Below are positions 59,966 to 64,000 of a stretch of DNA of 64,000 nt, piece after piece; positions within the stretch are counted from its first letter, which is position 1; the number at the start of each line of letters is the position of its first letter. Made by a program: the position numbers and the translations under genes. The notes under the pieces were generated by a model. That model searched no databases. It was not told the origin of the DNA and was given only the letters and a program-made list of their open reading frames with translations. The stretch is taken from the NCBI GenBank assembly GCA_037386005.1, contig JARRMM010000005.1:21045-85044 (forward strand). Reading direction: 5' to 3'. The DNA is from Deinococcales bacterium (GTDB lineage Bacteria > Deinococcota > Deinococci > Deinococcales > Trueperaceae).

Positions 59966-60552
59966 GCCGCACCCCCGTGCGGCAGGCCATCCACATGCTC
60001 GAGACCGAGGGTCTGGTGACGACGCAGCGCCGGCAGATCACGGTGGCCGGCTTCGAGATCGAGGAGCTCGAGGAGGTCTACCTGGTCCGTCGAGCTCTGG
60101 AGGGGCTGGCGACCGAGCTGGCCGCCATCAACATGACCGACGAGGAGCTCGGGGAGCTCGGCGAGGTCGTCGAGCTGATGGAGTTCTACCTCAAGCGCGG
60201 CAACCTCACCGCACTGCAACAGACCACGCGGGAGTTCCATCAGCGCATCTACAACGCCTCCCGCAACAGGATGCTGATCACCATGCTCGCCAACCTGTGG
60301 GACTACATCGAGAGCGCCGGCGGCGCCGTGTCGGGCGCCGAGCGCCTCACCCCCGACCCACTGAAGGGGCACCGCATCATCCTGCGGGCCCTGCACGACC
60401 GCGATCCCCTGCTCGCTCGGCGCCTCGCCGAAGGGCACGTCATGACGGCCAAGGACAGCATGCTCCAGGCCGTCCGCCACGCCTCGCATTCACCGGGCCG
60501 TCGGACCCGCGTAGGGTCCGGCGCGCCCCGTGAAGGAAAGGGGAGCGATTGA
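59956..60552 (+). CDS. GntR/FadR-type (FCD domain) regulator lacking the N-terminal part of the wHTH
   Basis: First in-frame ATG gives MGVSRTPVRQAIHMLETEGLVTTQRRQITVAG.. (recognition helix and wing only), then an FCD-like domain ..LVRRALEGLATELAA.. The frame upstream overlaps livF and does not resemble GntR helix 1-2. Confidence 0.6.
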   Translation: MGVSRTPVRQAIHMLETEGLVTTQRRQITVAGFEIEELEEVYLVRRALEGLATELAAINMTDEELGELGEVVELMEFYLKRGNLTALQQTTREFHQRIYNASRNRMLITMLANLWDYIESAGGAVSGAERLTPDPLKGHRIILRALHDRDPLLARRLAEGHVMTAKDSMLQAVRHASHSPGRRTRVGSGAPREGKGSD

Positions 60553-61841
60553 CATGGCCGAAACCGAACTGCTCAGCAACGACCCGGGGGCCGTATCCCG
60601 GAGGCGACCGTCGATGGACGCGTGGAGGAGTCCGCGTGGGCGCCCTGCTCCTCCTGGCGGTCGCGTCGCTCACGCTGACGTCCGCCTTCGCCCAGGGCGC
60701 CCTCAAGGTGGCCGTGGTCGGCCCCTTCAGCGGCTTCGAGTCGTTCATCGGACCGGACACCCTCAAGGGCGTGCAGCTCGCCAGCGACCTGATCGACAAG
60801 GCGGGCGGCGTGATGGGCAAGAAGGTCGACGTGTCGACGGGCGATACCACCGGTGACGCTATCGACGCGGTGCCCGCCATGCAGAAGGTGGTGAACGTCA
60901 ACCACGTCAACGGCATCATCGGGCCGTCGTCGGTGACCATCCAGGCCGCCCTGCCGTTCATCAAGAACCTGAACATCCTGGACGTGATGGTCGGCGGGAC
61001 CACCGCGCTCGACAACAACGCGTTGCCGAACCTGTTCCGCACCACGCCGTCCGACTCGCTCATGGGCGTGGCGATGGCCTACTACGCCAAGACCAAGGGC
61101 TACACCCGGGCGGCCGTGGTGTTCGGCACCAACGCCTCGGCGCAGACGCTCAAGGCGCCGGTCGTGAACACCTTCAAGAAGGAGGGAGGCACGATCGTCG
61201 CCGATGTCAGCATCTCGCCGAACCAGAGCTCGTACCGCAGCGAGATCCTCAAGATCTACGCCGCGAAGCCCGACGTCATCTTCTTCCAGCTCGACCCGGG
61301 CACCGGGGGCACCTACTTCAAGGAGGTGACCCAGCTCGAAGGGTCGTCCGTGCCCTACATCGGCACCGACGTCACGGCCTCGGCCGACTTCATCAAGGCC
61401 GTGGGCGCACAGACGGCGGACGCGATGATCACGTCGATCCAGGGCAGCTCGACGGGCGGCAGCGGCGCCGGCGCGTTCGCTGCGGCCTACAAGGCCAAGT
61501 ACGGCGGCAACCCCGTGGAGCTCGCCAACTACGGCTACGACGCCATGAACGTGATGGCGCTGGCCTGGGAGAAGGCGGGGACCACCTCGGGCAGTGCCGT
61601 GTTCAAGGCGATGCACGACGTCGCCAGCGCGCCGGGGACGGCGTGCACGACGTTCGCCGACTGCTCCGCGCTGCTCAAGGCCGGCACCGCCATCAACTAC
61701 GAGGGCGCCAGCGGTCCGGTGGACTTCAACCCGTACGGCAACGTCGCCGCCGGCTTCGAGGCCGTCAAGGTCGACACCCAGGGCAACGCCAAGGTGCTCC
61801 TGAACATCGGAGCCAAGGACCTCGAGCCCTACCTGAAGTAG
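60549..61841 (+). CDS. Type-1 periplasmic binding protein (Liv-type ABC substrate-binding protein)
   Basis: Signal peptide ..VGALLLLAVASLTLTSAFAQG, then ..ALKVAVVGPFSGFESFIG.. Start TTG 60549 (TTGA overlap with the gntR-like stop) or GTG 60636 after GGAGGAG. Confidence 0.85.
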   Translation: MTWPKPNCSATTRGPYPGGDRRWTRGGVRVGALLLLAVASLTLTSAFAQGALKVAVVGPFSGFESFIGPDTLKGVQLASDLIDKAGGVMGKKVDVSTGDTTGDAIDAVPAMQKVVNVNHVNGIIGPSSVTIQAALPFIKNLNILDVMVGGTTALDNNALPNLFRTTPSDSLMGVAMAYYAKTKGYTRAAVVFGTNASAQTLKAPVVNTFKKEGGTIVADVSISPNQSSYRSEILKIYAAKPDVIFFQLDPGTGGTYFKEVTQLEGSSVPYIGTDVTASADFIKAVGAQTADAMITSIQGSSTGGSGAGAFAAAYKAKYGGNPVELANYGYDAMNVMALAWEKAGTTSGSAVFKAMHDVASAPGTACTTFADCSALLKAGTAINYEGASGPVDFNPYGNVAAGFEAVKVDTQGNAKVLLNIGAKDLEPYLK

Positions 61842-61948
61842 CGCTGCCTGCGAGGCTCGCATGAGCCTCCTGTGCACGTCTGCGGTCCCCGCCCCGCGTG
61901 TCGGTGGCGGGGGCCGCTCATGCGGGCTGCGGCGCCCGGCTGGCGCGC

Positions 61949-61975
61949 GTTGGTATGCCACTGTGGTATACCAAC
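61949..61975. promoter_or_regulatory. 27-nt near-perfect palindrome upstream of the GntR gene (candidate autoregulatory operator)
   Basis: GTTGGTATGCCAC-T-GTGGTATACCAAC (12/13 arm matches). It ends 16 nt before ATG 61991 and has a GntR-like GT-N-AC core. Confidence 0.6.
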
Positions 61976-61990
61976 GTGCTAGGCTGCGCC

Positions 61991-62734
61991 ATGCCCGACC
62001 GACCCGCCTTCGATCGCGAGCCTGCACCCGCTGGCGGCGGGGCGCCCACGCGGCACGGGGCGGACCGCTCCGCCTCGTCCCGCGGCGAGCGCGCCGTGTC
62101 CGACCTGCGTCGCCTCATCCTCTCCTTCGCGCTCCGGCCCGGGGAGAGCCTGTCCGAACGACGGCTGGAGAAGCTCCTGGCGGTGTCCCGCAGCCCGGTG
62201 CGCGCGGCGCTCGCCCGGCTCGCCGCCGAGGGGCTGGTCCGTCGTGAGGGCCGCAGCTACCGCGTGGCTCCCGTCGACCTGGCGGAGATCGAAGAGCTCT
62301 TCGCCTACCGCGTGCTGCTCGAGACGGCGGCCGTGCGCTGGGCGGCCGCCTCGGCACCGTCCTCGGCGCTCGACGCCATCGCCGATGCCTTGCGTCGGGT
62401 CGCGGACGAGCCCGGACCGGAGGAACTGCTGGAGCTGAGCGCTCGGTTTCACCTCGGGTTCGCGCGCGCCTGCGGCAATCGCTTCGTGGCCGACGCGCTG
62501 GCTGCGCTCTTCCCGCGCATCACGCGGGCGCGCTACCTGGAGCTCGGCTCGACGGACCGGGTCCGGCAGGCCGACGACGAGCACCGCCGTATCCTCCAGC
62601 TGGTGCGGGAGCACCGGGGTGACGAGGCGGCCGGCCTGATGCGCGACCATCTGGAGCGCACCTGCCAGAACCTTGTGGGCAGCCTGGAGGCGCATGCAGG
62701 GCTTCGCGCCATGGTAGGGGAGGCGCTGACGTGA
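61991..62734 (+). CDS. GntR/FadR-family (FCD) transcriptional regulator
   Basis: ..DLRRLILSFALRPGESLSERRLEKLLAVSRSPVRAALARLAAEGLV.. is a full wHTH, followed by an FCD domain. ATG 61991; the track ORF starts at 61898. Confidence 0.85.
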   Translation: MPDRPAFDREPAPAGGGAPTRHGADRSASSRGERAVSDLRRLILSFALRPGESLSERRLEKLLAVSRSPVRAALARLAAEGLVRREGRSYRVAPVDLAEIEELFAYRVLLETAAVRWAAASAPSSALDAIADALRRVADEPGPEELLELSARFHLGFARACGNRFVADALAALFPRITRARYLELGSTDRVRQADDEHRRILQLVREHRGDEAAGLMRDHLERTCQNLVGSLEAHAGLRAMVGEALT

Positions 62735-63939
62735 CGGCGTTGCAGGGCATCCGCGTGCTCGAGCTGGGGCAGTTCATCGCCGGCCCCTACTGCGCGCAGG
62801 TCCTGGGCGACCACGGCGCCGAGGTCATCAAGGTCGAGCGCCCCGGCACGGGCGATGCCATGCGGCTCTGGGGCGTGCACCACGGCGACGGCCCGCCGAT
62901 GTGGTGGCCCGTCATCGGCCGGAACAAGAAGAGCGTGGCGGTCGACCTCAAGTCGGACCAGGGGAAGGCGCTGGTGCGGCGGCTCGCGCTGAGCTGCGAT
63001 GTCATCGTCGAGAACTTCCGTCCCGGCACGCTCGAGCGCCTCGGCCTCGCTCCGGACGAGCTCCTCGCCGAGCGGCCCGGCCTGGTGGTGGCCCGGATCT
63101 CGGGCTTCGGCCAGACCGGCCCCTACCGGCAGCGGGCGGGCTTCGGCGGGGTCGCCGAGGCCATGGGGGGGCTCCGCTTCCTCACCGGCGAGCCGGAACG
63201 TCCGCCGGTCCGGGTCGGCCTGGCGATCGGCGATACCCTGGCGGGCCTGTTCACCGCCTTCGGCGTCCTCGCGGCGCTCCGCCAGCGCGACCTCACCGGC
63301 CGCGGCCAGGTGGTCGACACGGGACTGACCGATGCCGTCGTCGCCGTCCTCGAGAGCGTCCTCTCGGAGTACGGGTCGTCCGGCGCGGTCCGTCGCCGGT
63401 CCGGCAACACGCTCCCCGGGATCGCGCCCTCCAACATCTACCCGACGCGCGACGAGCGCTGGGTAGTGATCGGGGCCAACGCCGACGGCCCGTTCCAGCG
63501 CCTGTGCGAGGCCATGGGTGTGCCCGAGCTGGCGCGCGACCCGCGCCTCGAGGGCCACGAGGGGCGGGGTCGTCATCAGCAGGAGCTCGACGAACTAATC
63601 GCTACCTGGACGGAGCAGCGCTCGCTGGCGGAGATCCTCGCCGTGCTGGAGGCCGCCGGTGTGCCCGCCGGCCCCGTCAACTCGGCAGCCGACGTCGCCG
63701 GCGACCCGCACTTCCGCGAGCGCGGGACCGTCCTCGAGGTGGAGAGCGAGATGGGGAGGTTGTTGATGCAGGGTGTGGTGCCGCGGCTCACCGGGACGCC
63801 CGGCAGCGTGCGCTGGGCGGGCCCGCCTCTCGGTGCGCACACCGAAGCGGTCTTGCGGGACGCGCTGGGCCTCGATGCCACTGCGATCGGCGAGCTCGCC
63901 GATCGTCACGTCGTGGAGCTGGGGCCGACGTCGTGGTGA
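62731..63939 (+). CDS. Family III CoA-transferase (CaiB/BaiF family)
   Basis: MTALQGIRVLELGQFIAGPYCAQVLGDHGAEVIKVERPGTGDAMR.. is the family hallmark. GTGA overlap with the gntR stop. Confidence 0.9.
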   Translation: MTALQGIRVLELGQFIAGPYCAQVLGDHGAEVIKVERPGTGDAMRLWGVHHGDGPPMWWPVIGRNKKSVAVDLKSDQGKALVRRLALSCDVIVENFRPGTLERLGLAPDELLAERPGLVVARISGFGQTGPYRQRAGFGGVAEAMGGLRFLTGEPERPPVRVGLAIGDTLAGLFTAFGVLAALRQRDLTGRGQVVDTGLTDAVVAVLESVLSEYGSSGAVRRRSGNTLPGIAPSNIYPTRDERWVVIGANADGPFQRLCEAMGVPELARDPRLEGHEGRGRHQQELDELIATWTEQRSLAEILAVLEAAGVPAGPVNSAADVAGDPHFRERGTVLEVESEMGRLLMQGVVPRLTGTPGSVRWAGPPLGAHTEAVLRDALGLDATAIGELADRHVVELGPTSW

Positions 63940-64000
63940 TCCGGGACGTCACCCTCCGTGACGGCCTGCAGAACCAGCTCACGGTGCTCCCGACGGAGCG
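63936..64000 (+). CDS. HMG-CoA lyase-like (HMGL family) protein, 5' partial
   Basis: Hand translation VIRDVTLRDGLQNQLTVLPTE contains the RDGLQN motif. GTG overlaps the CoA-transferase stop. Runs off the window end. Confidence 0.6.
   Translation, partial: MIRDVTLRDGLQNQLTVLPTE

Noticed and set aside
1-64000. Search by eye for tRNA T-loop signatures (GGTTCGAATCC-like), rRNA, CRISPR repeat-spacer periodicity, transposase/integrase/recombinase ORFs, toxin-antitoxin pairs and prophage genes.
   Set aside because: None was found. The only GTTCGA-like strings lie inside coding regions without cloverleaf context, and all repeats seen are the short tandem or paralogous ones listed above. A covariance-model scan (tRNAscan-SE, Infernal) would be needed for certainty.

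Overview
High-GC bacterial chromosomal window read by eye from the sequence and the ORF track; no searches or computations were run. I recognise about 58 protein-coding genes. I found no rRNA, tRNA, CRISPR array, transposase or integrase. Many long ORFs in the track are GC-driven shadow frames opposite real genes. Left to right: a frame-broken MFS gene, mscL and small secreted proteins (1-4.3 kb); a minus-strand sugar operon with BtpA/SgcQ-like, FGGY kinase, SDR and an ABC importer whose binding-protein gene is split by a perfect 59-bp tandem duplication (4.3-10.6 kb); beta-carbonic anhydrase and two diverged YitT paralogs flanking DUF1003, CAP and NIPSNAP-like genes (10.8-15.5 kb); glycogen-debranching-like, YceI and FAD-dehydrogenase genes (16.9-21.5 kb). 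The most unusual region is 21.5-33 kb. It holds two full-length ~1104-aa XRE-HTH/P-loop/TPR (STAND-like) regulators, one 3' remnant and one 5' remnant of the same family, three paralogous small Arg-rich ORFs that face these genes across conserved divergent promoter/leader regions, and a SARP/BTAD-TPR regulator coupled to a DUF1059 mini-gene that is absent from the ORF track. I cannot match this regulator plus small-ORF arrangement to a described system, and I put it forward as the candidate novel system; that assignment is inference only. The rest of the window holds an acyl-CoA synthetase and FabF pair, amidase, TauE, a vWA/secreted/membrane cluster, a small ORF plus RtcB, a sigma-70 factor, AI-2E transporter, PrsW protease, a secreted beta-sandwich cluster, YihY, marR plus a DHA2 MFS gene with an apparent internal deletion, a liv-type ABC operon with an N-terminally truncated GntR embedded in it, and a gntR/CoA-transferase/HMG-CoA-lyase-like operon that runs off the right edge. 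At least five independent gene-disrupting lesions occur in the 64 kb.
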